A stretch of DNA of 63,516 nt, filler included, from Sphacelaria rigidula (GCA_964200075.2; 10 parts of 10 records of this genome joined end to end with filler, not necessarily neighbours in it); one strand, 5' to 3'. Counted from the whole stretch's first letter, positions 37,228 to 50,894 are shown. A program made the numbers and translations. Notes: generated from the sequence alone by a model not told the origin.

Positions 37228-38072
37228 GTACAAGAAAATATAATTGACTACAGCACAAGCGCGAGGAAATGCCTACAAACAGCATATTTGTCATGTCCGT
37301 AAGAAACGGCCCACGGTCGTTTCCTGTGGGTATGATAAGCATCACTCCAAGACTGCCTTTTTTGTCGATTCAGCGCCGATTCTTGCCGAAATAGGAAGCT
37401 TGATGAAATTGTGCTACCGTCGTTGAAAATATATGTTGTAGTCTCTGCCGGGAATTCTAGAGAGTTTCCAAGATTTTTTCTGTGCCCAGCTTTACTTTCG
37501 CCGTACCAGCGGTTGCTTAACAACCTGAAAAAACTGCATTTCTATGAGTTTTGTGTGTATTGCGGGGGAGAATATTTTTAGTTGTACGAGATCGTAGTCC
37601 GACCAGATGACGAACCGTGCGAACTGGGCGGGCGAACATCGGCAAATCGCGTCGGAATCATTCCGGAGAGTGCGAGAAATCCTTCCGAGGCAAGACCAGC
37701 AAATTTTCCAAACCCTGTGTTTCGCGAACGACCGCCGCTGAATCGAAAAAATGCGCTTTCTTGGGGTTCATGATTTTTCTACCCCGATACACCGGCCCAA
37801 GGCCACACCTGCAATGAGGATGTCAAAAGTTTCGTCGAAAAAAGTCATACTGCACCTCGGAAATCCAAGCCGCTCAAATGGCGGTTTCTTATGATTCCGC
37901 GTCGCTGTGCCATATAGCCAACATTCCCGCAGCCCACAACCCCCTCCCCAACGGGTAATACAGTATTGAGAGCAGAGTTGGGAATGTACCCACTTGAAAC
38001 AAACAGAGACATGAGGAAATTGCGATGGCAATATGGCGTAAGGAACATGCAGAGAAAGAGGTTGCCAGCTAT

Positions 38073-38172
38073 NNNNNNNNNNNNNNNNNNNNNNNNNNNN
38101 NNNNNNNNNNNNNNNNTTAATTAATTAANNNNNNNNNNNNNNNNNNNNNNNNNNNNNNNNNNNNNNNNNNNN
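38073..38172. other. Artificial contig spacer
   Basis: N44-TTAATTAATTAA-N44. Confidence 0.97.
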
Positions 38173-38202
38173 GCAGATATCGGAACGGTTTTTAATGTGA
38201 AG

Positions 38203-38242
<40 letters not shown>
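38203..38242 (+). repeat. (CAA)n microsatellite
   Basis: About 13 perfect CAA units. Confidence 0.95.
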
Positions 38243-38244
<2 letters not shown>

Positions 38245-38531
38245 ACAAGTATATATATATATATGCGTCTTTGCAGGCATTGGTATTCGCGAACTCTAGA
38301 TTTCAAGTGGAAATATTAACAAAGAGTAATAATAGTTGTGACAAACTTTCAACTCATTTCCTTCCTCGGGACGAGATCATGGCCTCGAGGGGTCAACCCG
38401 CCTCTCCCCCGGTACATGACTTACAAATGTGGTGTCGCAAATAGGACCAGCACTACCTCACCAAGTCGACTCCCGTCAAATATGGTTTTGTTGCTTCTCG
38501 CGCGACGTCACGTTTTCAACGTCGGGATTGA

Positions 38532-38605
38532 TCACGGTCAGGACGAATCATCACGACTACGAATCACCAAATCCACGATTTCTTCGGCCTGATTGCCCAA
38601 GAGGG
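38532..38605 (+). repeat. Interspersed repeat fragment; inverted copy at 57256-57330
   Basis: cacggtcaggacgaatcatcacgactacgaatcaccaaatccacgatttcttcggcctgattgcccaa matches the reverse complement of the start of contig 10. Confidence 0.65.
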
Positions 38606-38827
38606 AGAAAATAGTTGACCGCTGGTTAAAGGGGTATCCACACAACTTTTGCGCCATTCCACGTGTCTGGGGCTGCGTGCACCTGGGTTGAAACGCTGAA
38701 AACAAAGCCTAGGGTTTGATTCGTACGAGTCGAGTCAATTATGTACTAAAACCAAGTAATTTCATTATTTGCCCGACCCTTGGAATTGATTAGATGTATT
38801 TTGGAGGGGAAAAAAAGACAAATTAAT

Positions 38828-38892
38828 GCATTTGCGGGGAATCGAACCCGTGTGCCGACGTAGTGGCTTCAGCTGTATCAATAGACCACCGG
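38828..38892 (-). mobile_element. tRNA-like head of a probable SINE (not an intact tRNA)
   Basis: Minus strand ccGGTGGTCTATTGa...cacGGGTTCGATTCCCcgc gives A and B boxes and a T-arm, but no acceptor or anticodon stem. Confidence 0.5.
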
Positions 38893-39488
38893 ATCCAGTG
38901 TTTCCGCTTATTTACGTACGTCTACTTCGCGATCACGACTAGATCTGTAGCGGATATTTGAAGTGCGCCAATTACTACTATGGTAAGCGCTTCGTTGCCC
39001 TTCTCACAACACAATCTCGATGACCAAACGTGTTTGCCATATTTGCACGCGTTTGCACTGTGCAATTCCTGCTTATTCGCAGTTCCAAATCCGGTAGGAC
39101 CGACCCTGCCCTTAATCAGTCATCAGGAATAAGTTTGGTGACAAGTCGTTCCAATTCTACACCGGATTTGGCGGTCTCGGAATGGGAGGTTGTTTCGTAT
39201 TTTGTTTCTCGCTCAGAGTTCCCGTCGGTATCAGCTTACTTGTACTGAGTGGAGGTCATCGAGCGGGCTAGCATAGAGCAGACTAGCCGACAACCCAATA
39301 AACCTTCCTTGTGCGTAGAGATTTCCCATGGACAAAAGCAGGAGGTATGGCGGGTTCTGGATAGAACCATAAAGCATCTTGAGTTCGCAGGATTGGGAAC
39401 CACACAATAGGAGTCATGGTCATACTAATAATCCAGTGGCACGCTTGTCATGTGTGTCCGTACCTTCTGTAAACTCTCTTTGTCGTGT

Positions 39489-40235
39489 AACAAAAGGATC
39501 TTGAAAAATGAGGTCGGACACTCAAATGGGGTTCAAGTCGGTTTCCGAAGAGACACGTTTCACGTGAAACAGTTTTGCATAAACAACCAGCTGAGGATTT
39601 TATTTGTCTGTCGAAACTCCCCGTAGCTTGCCTTGTGGCACTCTATTGCTCCGGTCTCTGAAGTCTTACATGTATCTTCTCTCGCACATTCGAAACGGCT
39701 CCCACCAGGTGAGAGGAGAATGCTTTCGTCGGCTTTCTCCGGGTCTAGTGAAAAAATGGCTCAGCCTTTTTTCGAACACTCCCGAAATGGAGACAGATGG
39801 GATACTTTCATGAGAGTTAAAGTGCCTCCGTTGGTGTTTCGGAAAGAAAAATCCGTTCCCGAAGAGATGTTGTACACATTAAAAAATGGGAAATTCCCCA
39901 GGTTGAGAACTCCCTGCTCCTTGCGAATTTTTCTATAACAGGACGCGAAAAAACCTCCGGCACATTTTCTTTCCCAAGACGAGGGAATCCGATCAGAAGC
40001 GCCTTCCCTCACCTGGTGAGAGCCGTTTCGAACGCACGAGAGGAGATATCTATGGCTCTAGACACCGGGGCAACGGCAACAACGCGCGACAAGGCAAGCT
40101 AGGGGAAAATCCGACAAATGAAATCCTCAGTTGGCTGCTTTTGCAACGCCATGTTCCAAGTAAAATGTGACTCTTTCGGAAGGTGACTCCAACCCATTTT
40201 TGAGAGTTCAAACTCATTTTTCCGGATCCTTTGTT
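39489..40235. mobile_element. Foldback element/MITE (~750 bp) with ~290-bp diverged inverted arms
   Basis: AACAAAAGGATC...GATCCTTTGTT termini. Internal pairs include ctgaggattt/aaatcctcag, tagcttgccttgt/acaaggcaagcta, ttcgaaacggctc/gagccgtttcgaa and caccaggtgag/ctcacctggtg. Confidence 0.8.
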
Positions 40236-43200
40236 TTGGGTCTTTGTTGTTAGGTTGCTGTGTATTCCATTCGCTTGTCTCCGGTATACTACAGCGTATT
40301 CGTCCAGGAAGTAGTTACGGTATGGACAGACATCTGCGAAAGATTCTTCGCTTCCAAGTCCAGGACGTCAACCGTCGATTGAACCATCACTGGCGATTAA
40401 AGTGCGTGTTCAAGGGAGACGTAAAGAAGCTCAAGGGTCGCGCGTATTGATTCGCTGGAAATCGACTCATATTGCGAAAACATTATTGCTGAAGGTTCAG
40501 GTTCGATAATGCAAGCGGGCTGCTACTTGCCAACGACAATTCAAGAATGCGAAGACTCCTCAACAGGGGGTCCTGAAAAAAAGGCAGCGGCTTCTTTTAA
40601 TAGGAACGAAAACAAAGCTTTCATCAGAATGTGTGAAGAGATGTATGCTGTATCGAACACTCAAGTAAAACGGGGGAAAAAATCCAACCCGTAACAGCCC
40701 GAAGTTTCCAAGCAAGTGTTCGTGACCCTCGCAACTTGCCGACAAGTCATGCCGGCAACCATTTTCAACCATTACACCAACTGAAACACTTCTCGAACTA
40801 CTCCAAGGAGAAAAGGGCACATGAAGCACATCTAAATGGCCCGAAAAGAGCTGTTGAGTGCTCTGGAATTCCAGAAACACTGTATATTTGACTTCCTGAG
40901 CCAGAGGGAAGAACGATTCTAGACCCGAATATGGAGCGCGTTATTCCCGAGGCAAACGATCCGCATTTCATTCTCAAAACGATACCAAAACCAAGTCGCA
41001 GTCAACGTTGTGTGCAGCAAGAAAAGAGCGCATGAAGGGAGAGTTTCCGCATCTCCCTCTGGGTGTCTCCGCTGCATCGTCAACTTCACGCCGACCGGGT
41101 GATCGCATAAGTGAGCACACATAATCGACGCACGATTTGACGACTGCGAGGAAGTGCAGGAGTCAAGAAAACGAAGGATAGGAGCTTAAAACCTACGAGG
41201 CCGCCCAAGTATTGCACCGCATTCCCGCGTACATCCAGCCAGCACACGCCCAGCTCTACAGTCGAACAGTATAATGTATGTATTGATGCACCCACTGCTC
41301 GAACTTGTCTGCTTTCCGCATTCGTCAGCAAAACCGACGCAATATACGAGGATCCAGTTGCGTACAAACCCCGGCACCCCGCCTAATCATGAGAGCACAT
41401 GATGTATGCGGTCAATTGAACACACAAACCGCATACGATCCTCCGAGCATGAGCGCCGCATGTTCTGTTCTGGCCCTGTTTGCGTGGTGATACTCCGCCG
41501 AATGTGAAAGCGGACCCCGCCGATTCGGACTCCCTCGCAAAGGTAAGCACGGATTCCTCGAACCATTCTCACGCATTATCAACGGAAACACAGGCAGCAA
41601 AATAGGCTGGCGGCTGATCTTTCACTGTCTGGACCTAATCCGATCTTGCCGCGGCGTTCGACCTGAATTCGGTACGCTCTTTCTTTTTTCAGGCTTTGCT
41701 GTGATGCAGAAAAAAACGTCACGATCCATCCATTTCAAACAGTACGGCAACAAATTCACACACACTGCATACCACGGTAGCCATCCACAGGACCGCAGCT
41801 TGATGAAAATGGTACACATCAATATACTCCCGGTATGTATCCTTCTTGTCACACTATTCAAAACTGACCGTGCATGAGACCCCCCCCTCTATGCTCCTCC
41901 CCGCACAAATCATACCATCGACTGTTGTATATACTGTCAGTGCAAGCTCAACAAGATTCTTTCAGCTAGCTACATACACGCCTCTCCACTCGCACCAACG
42001 TACTACCTGACGTAGCCATGTAGCCAGTCTCAACACAAACATCAAGAACCCGTGCGAAGCAGCAGCGATTAGCGGCTACCCGCCACGATAGTCAGCTGCA
42101 TCCCTTGGCATCTCAAGTCTGCTGCATCACATAACATCTACACGATACGCGTTGCTTACGAGCAATTTCGAAAACAAAATACACCAAAGCCGTTTGTTTC
42201 CCCGAGTTTTACTCTACTGTTTTGAATGCTTGTGACGACGCGATACGAGACCAGAAAAGGTGAAGGTATTCAGCCTTCGTACCCCGGTTCAGTGGTTGTT
42301 GTGTGAGTGCAGCAGCAGACGTGAGAAAAAAATCATGATAAAAACGGCATACATTCACTGCAGAAAAAACAATAGCGAGATAATATTATCTGAATCTGTG
42401 CTGGACTGAGTAGTCTGTTTTATAAACGACTACTTGATCAGCATTTTCGATCGGTGATCGTTTCTTTTTTTGCCGTACGAACAGAGTGTGATGTGAGCGC
42501 TGTGTCAAGCAACTCGCTGAAACGAATCTGATCAAACACCAACGGACAGACTGAACACGTCGATGAGTAACATCAAACATACAAAACCGCAAACATGAAA
42601 CAGCTACTTTTCTCTCAATTCATACATGCAAGTATTCCTCACCACTAAATTCCGTAGTAGGAGTATCTTTTTTCACATCGACGGTACACATACAAAACAC
42701 TACCTCGTCCATTCCTTCACTCCCACACCACCGACGATTCTCACCCTGAATAAATGGCGGTGCACACCTGCACATTTCGCTCAAAATGGCGGATGACATC
42801 TTTAATGAACCTAACATTGCTCACCGAGGGTACCTAATGTTGTCACATTGCGCACGATTCGATTTCGGTTCCTCACAAAACTCATCTCCAGCCATGAGCC
42901 CAAACGTACGTCCAAGCACTCGCTGCACAACCATAAAATTTCGACATTGCTCAGTACGCCCCGGGTTGTGCCTCTAAAACATTCCACCTCGACATATGCA
43001 ACCCACCACCACAAGTGGTTGTTTTGATCGCCACTGCCCAAAATACAGAGTACTATCGAAACCCCCTCCCACAGCATGGGTCCTGAACGGGCATAGCAGA
43101 ACCCGCTGCTTTGCGGTGTTGACCGCGATCGAAAATCAAGACACTCACGACGATCCAACCAGAAACAGATCTTGCCGCATACACGTTGTCCATCATGCAC

Positions 43201-44433
43201 CGCGACCCAATCTCGGCCTCATCATCGGAACGAAAGAAAACGACCATAACAGCCATGCAACACACAAAAGAGAAAGACGGTACATCAACTAACAAATAGC
43301 GACTGCCCTCCCCCCCCCACCGCCTTCCTCCCCCAGGCCCCTCCCCATCTATGCCCCTTCGCCCCTTTTTCCTCCCTCCCCCTCACGCACGATCTCCGAA
43401 AAATCCGATGTCCGCCCGCCTGACGCCTTCGTCCTCACAAACGTCGGTGGAAAACGACGCAACAAACACATGTAACTTCCATTCCTCGGATAAGTTGACC
43501 AACCGCGATATGGAGAAAAAGGCACACATATTCGACGTACTCTACACCATCTCTCGCGAGCACTCATCCGTACTCAACGAAGAAAGCAAAAGAGGCGCCG
43601 CCGGGCCCGAGTCACCCCCCCGTCCCCTCCCGTCCCCCCCGCCACCCCCGACCTTTGCAGCCCACCTCGCTGTTGCCTGGCCCCCTCCATTCTGACTCGG
43701 CGCAACCTGAACCCTCATCTGCATACATACCATGACAGCGAACTGCGTAGATCCGACGAGGCGCTGGGGAGCTAGGGCGAGAGTATTTTCGGCACCCAAG
43801 TAGCCGTTTTACCTTGCAGCGAAACGTGCGCAGGCACATCAACACAAGCACGAGTCTTCACAATATCTTACATTCTTCGCACACAGGTAGTCTCTTCTCC
43901 AGGGCCGGAACTCCCCCGCAGAGGACATGTCACGCTGCGACTACTCAAGCAGCAGTCTTCGAGCGGGAGCTGCTTGCCTAATCCTCGTAGCGCAGAGCAC
44001 GGTCATCCTGGTATGAGTGCCACACATTCACCCCCCTGGCCATCCAGTGCACCATTCCTCCGCGTGAGAACACGCACAGCAAACCACCCCGCGGGAGCAT
44101 GGCCACGAGCTGCGTATCCATCTCAGGGTTGGCGCGACCCCACCCTATGAAGACGAGCGAATTCGACAACAACGAAGTACGGCAATAGTATATGTGAAAG
44201 TGCGGGAGTGAGACATGACAACGATCACACAACTCAGGACATCAGTATGACGGCAAGTGCGGGTGCTGGCCTCATCACGGGGTAGTCTGCAAAAGGAGGC
44301 ACTGCGGGGCACACATTGAGGGAGTGGAGCAGGAGTAGCGAGGGAAGGGCGCGCGGAGGGGGGGGGGGGGGGGGGGCCTCTTTTGTTGCTTGCCTTGGGC
44401 GTTTGACCATGGGGGGGGGGGGGGGGGGGGGGG

Positions 44434-44533
44434 NNNNNNNNNNNNNNNNNNNNNNNNNNNNNNNNNNNNNNNNNNNNTTAATTAATTAANNNNNNNNNNN
44501 NNNNNNNNNNNNNNNNNNNNNNNNNNNNNNNNN
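44434..44533. other. Artificial contig spacer
   Basis: N44-TTAATTAATTAA-N44. Confidence 0.97.
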
Positions 44534-45466
44534 CCCCACCCCCCCCCCCCCCCCTTCAAACCACACATGACGTCCCCCCCCCCCCCCCCCCCCCTAAGGA
44601 CCTTTTCGTGCGTTCTTTGGCGAAAAGATGCTTGTCGAGGTAACATTCGCGTCATGCTTCTCTTCTTTTAACCGTTGTCCTTCCTCGGGACGAATCCGCG
44701 GTGTTGGAAGATCAATCCACCTCCCCCCCCGGTACAAAATGCAGTCTAGCTCGGGCACATCATAATATTTTTCGGAACGTTTGTTTTCTTTGTTTTTTCC
44801 CAACCGACGCGGTGCGCACAGAACCGATGTTGTTCAAATTTCTCACCGAAGATGGCAATCACACTCCAGCGGAAGTGGCTCGAAATCACCACCCCAACTT
44901 TGAGTACCCGGTCGAAAGCATTCTCATTTCAATATATGACATGCCTGCTGCTGGGGAGGCCTCCCAGGGGCCAAAGCGCAATGAATCTCAACAGTTTGGA
45001 AAGAGAGGAGGCGATTCGACACCTCCTTGCTGGCACTGTATGAGAAGTGCGAAGTAGAGCAATGCTACGGTAGGGGTTCCACTTTTTCTTTCTGGGTCTT
45101 TTTTTTTTGTAGGAGCCCAAATATATGGGGCTTACCGTGCAACTCAAATCTCCGAGGACCGAACTTCTAGAAACATAGTGTCTGCACGCAGGGGCTCTTT
45201 CGTGAAACATCATCATCTTCAGTCTTTTTCAAGTAAAAATGATGCCCATTCTCAAAATGATCCGTCCAACACCCCGAGCAGCCTCGACAAACGTTTTCGC
45301 TGAAAAAAGTGCAACCCCTGCCGTAGCATTGCAGAGTAGTGAGAAAAAATGCAACGTAATTAGTAGCACGTAGCTACGTCCTTTTTTAAATTTTTATTCT
45401 GAGATCTAACGGTGCACAACGCTGCGGCAATAGAACATGACACTCGCTCCAAAACGCCAAAGTAGG

Positions 45467-45757
45467 AGGGCGCGGGGAGGGGAGGTGCTCATGATTCTGC
45501 GTGCCGTAGTCATAATACGATCGGTCTAGCATTTCAACAAAGTCGATACGGAGCACCCCGGGTTCTCTGCCGGACCAGCCTCTCGCAGTCACCAAGCGCA
45601 AAGCGCCGTCATGTATTTTTCAAGTCGCATGAAGGGTGAGCTACATCCCACTAGATTGTGAGACCCGAAGCGTATTCACTATCCTGCACATGGATAACAG
45701 CCTCTTCCAGCGACAGCCACGGGTTCCACACTGCCTCATAGGTGTCTCACCATTCAG
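45467..45757 (-). mobile_element. Near-full-length family A retroposon, downstream of exon 3 of the DnaJ gene
   Basis: Colinear with 10335-10646, including the far end cactgcctcat(a/g)ggtgtctcaccatt. Confidence 0.72.
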
Positions 45758-45884
45758 AAATTGAGGGCGGGAGCGCGAGGGTAACCAACACCACACCGAG
45801 TCTGCCCCATGAGTTTATGTGGGACGGACGTATCGGGTATCGCCATAGGGAGGTTGATGGATGGGGGCGATTCATACTTCTCAC

Positions 45885-45947
45885 CGGATTTCGCAGGCTG
45901 TCGTCGTAGTCTCCCCTTGTTCGAGGGTCCTTGAGGGTGTTGTAAGC
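45885..45947 (-). CDS. Exon 3 of a DnaJ/J-domain protein (helix IV); later exons not resolved
   Basis: cag|AYNTLKDPRTRGDYDDSLRNP|gtgag matches the AYxxLxDPxxRxxYD J-domain signature. Confidence 0.9.
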
Positions 45948-46629
45948 CTGCCGGAGCACAACAAAAACAGACATGTGGTTTGCAGTGGCACAGTAACACA
46001 GACTACTAACTTCTCAGGCCCGTGATCCGAGAGTGTGCGCGGGTACCATAGAGCGTCTTTAGAATGCTCCGGGGGCGCTTTGCTTTCAACTCTGAGCTCC
46101 ACAAGACGGACTTACTGCCCACGAAAGGGTGTGCCTCGAGAAATTCGCAGACATTGGTGTCCAGTTGCACCTCAAGCGTCGAGATTTTCGCAGCTTATAA
46201 GCAATTACCCCCGGAATGCTCTCAAGACGTTTCAAGGTGATCGGCGCGTTGTACATACGTAGGCGTCGCGCAACAAGGGCATACATACGGAGACAGGGGT
46301 AGACAAGGAGCCAAGCGCGTCCTCCACGACGTCAACCCTTCAACCGCGCAAACTTGCGTTCACCTCTCCGCCGTAACTACACTCGTACATTTAAAATCAA
46401 GCTGAGAGGCAATTGCATTGGCTTCGAAAAGACTCACAAGGGGCATCGTCGGGGTGACAGGGTTAACCTTTCGATTATGATAACAGGGTAGGTCATCATC
46501 TGTTGGATCGGCATCATTTTTACTTGAAAAAAACGAGTGGAGGAACCACATGGCCTACCCTCGCAGTCAAAGGCTTAAAATAGGACTCCTTCCCGGATGG
46601 AAATCTAATTGAAATCCGGAAGCGTGCAC

Positions 46630-46763
46630 CTCCTGAACGTCCTTGAATCTCCTGTTCGCCTCGTCCACTCTGTCCTTATTCTTGTCCGGGTGCCACTTTA
46701 TCGCTTCCTTCCGATAAGCCTTTTTCAGTTCGTCCTGACTCGCCCCCGGTTTTACCCCAAGGA
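46630..46763 (-). CDS. Exon 2 of the DnaJ/J-domain protein (HPD motif)
   Basis: aag|(V)[44 protein letters not shown]|gtgc. Phase 1/0 fits both neighbours. Missed by the ORF track. Confidence 0.93.
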
Positions 46764-47974
46764 CTTGAGCAATTTTTACGAGTATTGGAACAGGGGAAAA
46801 TTAACGAGTTCGGTGGAAGAATGGGAGAAGTGGGAAGAGTGCCGCAGCAGGGAGATTGACGTTATCGTGCCGAATGCTTCATCGTTTGCCGACGGAATGT
46901 CCTTGAATTCAAATGAAACGAAGATAAATCTTGATCCAGTGAATGCTGTGGCTCAACCGCGAAGCCTGTGTGCCGCCTCAATTCAGGAACAACTAACGCC
47001 ACAAGTCAGAAACGACTGGGTTGCTGCTTTCTCGCGACCTCGTGCCGAGAGGACGAGCACGTCACGATACGCGCGCAAACCCATCCGCATACACTATCTA
47101 GCGCTCGTAATCGAGTTGATCCTTTGACCTAGAGACGTTTGGGGATCTCCACCGCTGGAGCAGTATACACGAGTGTAGTGGTGCATCGGTGTACGTGGAC
47201 TCAAGTTAAATGTTTCCCGGTCAACTGACTTCGTAGCTGTATGCGCGCGACTGTCACAAAGAGACGAAAAAACCTGATGGAAGTGTAGGCCACCTTCTAG
47301 ACATGAAAGCGTGTTTATGTACGCGAAATAAAATAAAAAACATTACAGGTGCGAACCACCCCTGAACATGAGAGCATGCTCATGTATGGACCATAACACA
47401 GTGAATTGCGCCGTACGCGCAGGCAGAGAGACAGGAAGAGATGTGGTGTGGCACTACCCTGGGCAATTCGACGATGAAGATACGCTTGTGTCACCTCTGT
47501 ACGGACCAAGGATGCTGTCTGTTTGTTCTCGCTAGCGTTTGCCCCATGACCCAGCGCATCGGAGGCGTCGTATAAACCTACGACGACGCAAGCATCCCAA
47601 GTCATGGGAGAGAGTGGTGATGGAAGATCGCTCGCTGGGTGTTCAAAGCAGAGTGCTAGTTTGCCCGATTGGTTTTTGGTGTTCGTATCATATCTTTATT
47701 CATCTGTGAAAACGTGACATTATATTTCATGTCTGTCAAGTACACTGAATCAGGTGGACATCAGCCACAAAGCGGGCTAATTGGACCAATTCTTATCGCG
47801 GATGAAAACAAATCTACTCAACCGGCATTTTCGGCCGATTCAAGTATCCAAATAGCTCACACATAATATTTCGGATGTCACGAAAGTGGAAAAATTGCAC
47901 AAAACAATTCTTGCAAACAATGCCCACCAACCTTTGAACTTGAGGTAGAGGCGCCGTCCCAATACGGGTAACAC

Positions 47975-48776
47975 TAGAGGTGGGCACTGGCAACAACAAC
48001 AACAACAAAAACGGTTGCCGGATAGGAGGCGTTGATCTCAGAATCAACAAAAATGTTCAACCGTTTTTTCTTTCAGCCGGTTTAACTATTTTGGGACCGG
48101 ACTCCCAGAAACATGATGTTTGCACGCAAGGGCTTTCGTGCGAATCGGCATCATATTCTGCTTGAAAATAATTGAAAATGATATCGAATAACAAAAAGGA
48201 TCCCTGCGTGCAAACACCATGATTCTGGGGATCCGGTCCCGAAAGGGTTAACCGGTTCACCGGAAAACCGGTTGAACCTGATGAGCAAGGGGAAACGCCT
48301 CCAAACCATTGGAGGGCAGGTAATTTGGGTGTTGTTGTCACGTGTTTCGTGTGTGGTGGGTGATTGATACACTCAAACACAGGTGAAACCGATTTGGATG
48401 CTTGATAAGAAACGGTGTTGATGATTACTTGAACAGCTGCTGTTCGAAACTGGAAACTGGCATGGTCATCTGTCAAGGAACCAGCCGCGTTGAGGAGATT
48501 ACCTCTGAAAATGAGTCGACTGTATCCATCAGGGGTAGGGTCAGGTTCTACGCCGGGAGAAGGGTGACGTGTAACGTATCATGTGCCACGCGTTCGCTGT
48601 CGAACCGCCGTAATAACGCCTCTTTTCCCTGGTGAAACCGATATTCCGATGAGATGGTTTCACCTGACAAAAAACACCTCCGGTTTTGTTTTCTCAGAAC
48701 TGAAACCAGTAAACGCCTACTAGGGTTTCCAAGAACCGGCTACACCCAGTTCTTCTTTTCAAGGTGCCCATCACTA
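47975..48776. mobile_element. Non-autonomous hAT-type element (802 bp) with 8-bp TSD, in intron 1 of the DnaJ gene
   Basis: TIRs TAGAGGTGGGCAC and GTGCCCATCACTA. Perfect TSD GGTAACAC at 47967-47974 and 48777-48784. Many AACCG/CGGTT motifs inside. Confidence 0.88.
48086..48247. mobile_element. piggyBac-like MITE nested in the hAT element
   Basis: TTAA|CTATTTTGGGACCGGACTCCCAGA...TCTGGGGATCCGGTCCCGAAAGGG|TTAA, with ~50-bp inverted arms. Confidence 0.8.
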
Positions 48777-50052
48777 GGTAACACACTGCAACAGCGAGCA
48801 AGTAAGATAATATACTATTTATAGAATGGTAAATGAGAGGAAGAGATCCTACTGTCTGTACTACAGTAATCGCGGTGGGAATAGAAAAATGGCTTCGGGT
48901 TCAGTTCAGCCGGAACGGACCAAACACAGTGAGTATCGGACACACCGAATCCCTCAGACCAGGGCGGTAGACCGACCTTTGAGGCCTCGAAGTTGTGTAA
49001 GCCCGTCGCTTGCGTCCAACAATTTCATGGCTAGGGACATAACCAAACTTGCGCAAGCAGGATAAACACAGTATAATTGAATCATGACTGCCACTTACGG
49101 TTTCGAACCCATAAACTTGCAGGGTGGGGCTGCGCGGGCTCTGCCGAATCTTGTTCAGCTGTTGGGCATACTCCAACGTAGCGTAGAACATGACTCGTGC
49201 CATTTTTTGTTCGTGGTCGTTTATGTTCGTATCTTCGGGCGGGCTGCGCTCTCGCACGGAATGAGCGCCAGATTTGAGGAGCAGCACAACTTTGCGGACC
49301 ATCAAGACGCCCAGAACCATGGCGAAAGAGTTGGTCATTGGAAATAACGGCACGACACTTCTGCACTGTCGTTTTCGTGTGACCACTTCCGGGCCCATAA
49401 CAACATCTACTCTCACCCGCACACCACCGAACGGGGGGAATTGACCATAAAGTTCTCCCCGTCCTCACTTTCTCCAAACCTATCGTAGGCCTCGATTCAG
49501 ACGATTGCTCATTTTTCTGAATATCTCGTTCGTTGGACTCGAGTTACCACAAGTCATGATTCGTTGAATGTGTGGAATTTCTGGTTCAGTATGAGGCCCT
49601 TTTAAACACTGGCAGCGTGTCAACTGCGGTCGCCTCAAAAATATGAGACGTGCTGCAGCCGTACAAGCTTTCGACGAAAATCATTACAGTATCTGGTATA
49701 CTGCGCAGTCTGCACTGTACAACAGTTTCGGATACAGCCGCATAGCAGAGCTTTCATGTCTGCTCTCGACTGTACCGTGTAACCGGTGAGCAACCTCCAA
49801 GCTCTTGACAGGGCAACCCATGGCAGGATGTCAACCTGAGTTTCCTCGAACCACGGACCCCACCCCGCGGCTACGCTGCGGAAAGCGCACCGTTGTTTTT
49901 TTGGCAAGTGTCTGACGATTAATGATTTCTCTCGGATAGTGTGAGATCTCCTTCTTGGAGGGAATTGGCGTTGAATAACTTGAATAACTTCATCACCAGG
50001 GTGTTATACTCCGTAATGTACGGTAGAGTTCAAGTGATGAACGCAGCCTCAC

Positions 50053-50308
50053 CAGAGTAGAGTGTCTGCTTGGCAGCGGCCGCGTGTACAATCAGCAACG
50101 GAGATGGACACCCACACAGCATGAACAATAACGTCAGCGAAATTATACAGCAACATCTCCACCTCCAGCCACCAGAGTATCCCGTCCTCCCGCCAGTCCT
50201 AACCCTACTAAGCACGCCCACCCTACGCGCCATCTTCGCGGATCGCCGGCACCTGCTATAGTTACGACATTGACTGCAATACCGCTGCGATGCCGCGGAT
50301 GGTGTCAT
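50053..50308 (-). CDS. Exon 1 of the DnaJ/J-domain protein with a hydrophobic signal/anchor segment (alternative start at 50233)
   Basis: ...CCCIISLTLLFMLCGCPSPLLIVHAAAAKQTLYS G|gtgag joins exon 2 to give KQTLYSVLGV, the J-domain helix I. Confidence 0.82.
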
Positions 50309-50794
50309 ATTTTTCGATTGTGGGCACGGCGTTCAACCGAATACAACCGATGTTGTCGGAATAGGTCCAGTCTCAGCTCCCTGTCCGTGGCGCATGAGTT
50401 GCCTGGATAAGCATTCGCTCACAAGAATACGATCAGGTCCGCGGTATGAGGGGCCAGAATGACAAGCTATAGTAGTCAGCGTCGGAAGTTTTCCGAATTC
50501 GTAATCGTCCATTTTTCTGAGTTTTTCTAAAGTACCGTTCTTCACTACTACTTAAAAATGCTAGCGCCGGTAGAGTCAGGGAGAAAGCGTGGTCCGCGCT
50601 CAAACTGCAGTGCTCGCGTTGGTGTTTTGGGGCGATACAGGTTTGATACCCCGTTTATCAGGAGCGTGTTATTGACCGTTTTTGGTCCAAAAAGCAGTTT
50701 TCCCGCTCTTCAGCGAGGAAACGGTAAATATTCAGATAAATCAGTACGTTCAAAATTCTTCAAGATAACGATCGAGATCGTGTTTCCTTCAGAT

Positions 50795-50894
50795 NNNNNN
50801 NNNNNNNNNNNNNNNNNNNNNNNNNNNNNNNNNNNNNNTTAATTAATTAANNNNNNNNNNNNNNNNNNNNNNNNNNNNNNNNNNNNNNNNNNNN
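50795..50894. other. Artificial contig spacer
   Basis: N44-TTAATTAATTAA-N44. Confidence 0.97.

Noticed and set aside
38828..38892. Functional tRNA gene
   Set aside because: A/B boxes and a T-arm are present but no cloverleaf can be built, so it is treated as a SINE head.
40985..44145. Possible minus-strand exons in contig 7 (~40985-41145, ~43978-44145)
   Set aside because: Splice-like signals exist, but there is no recognisable motif or phase-consistent model.
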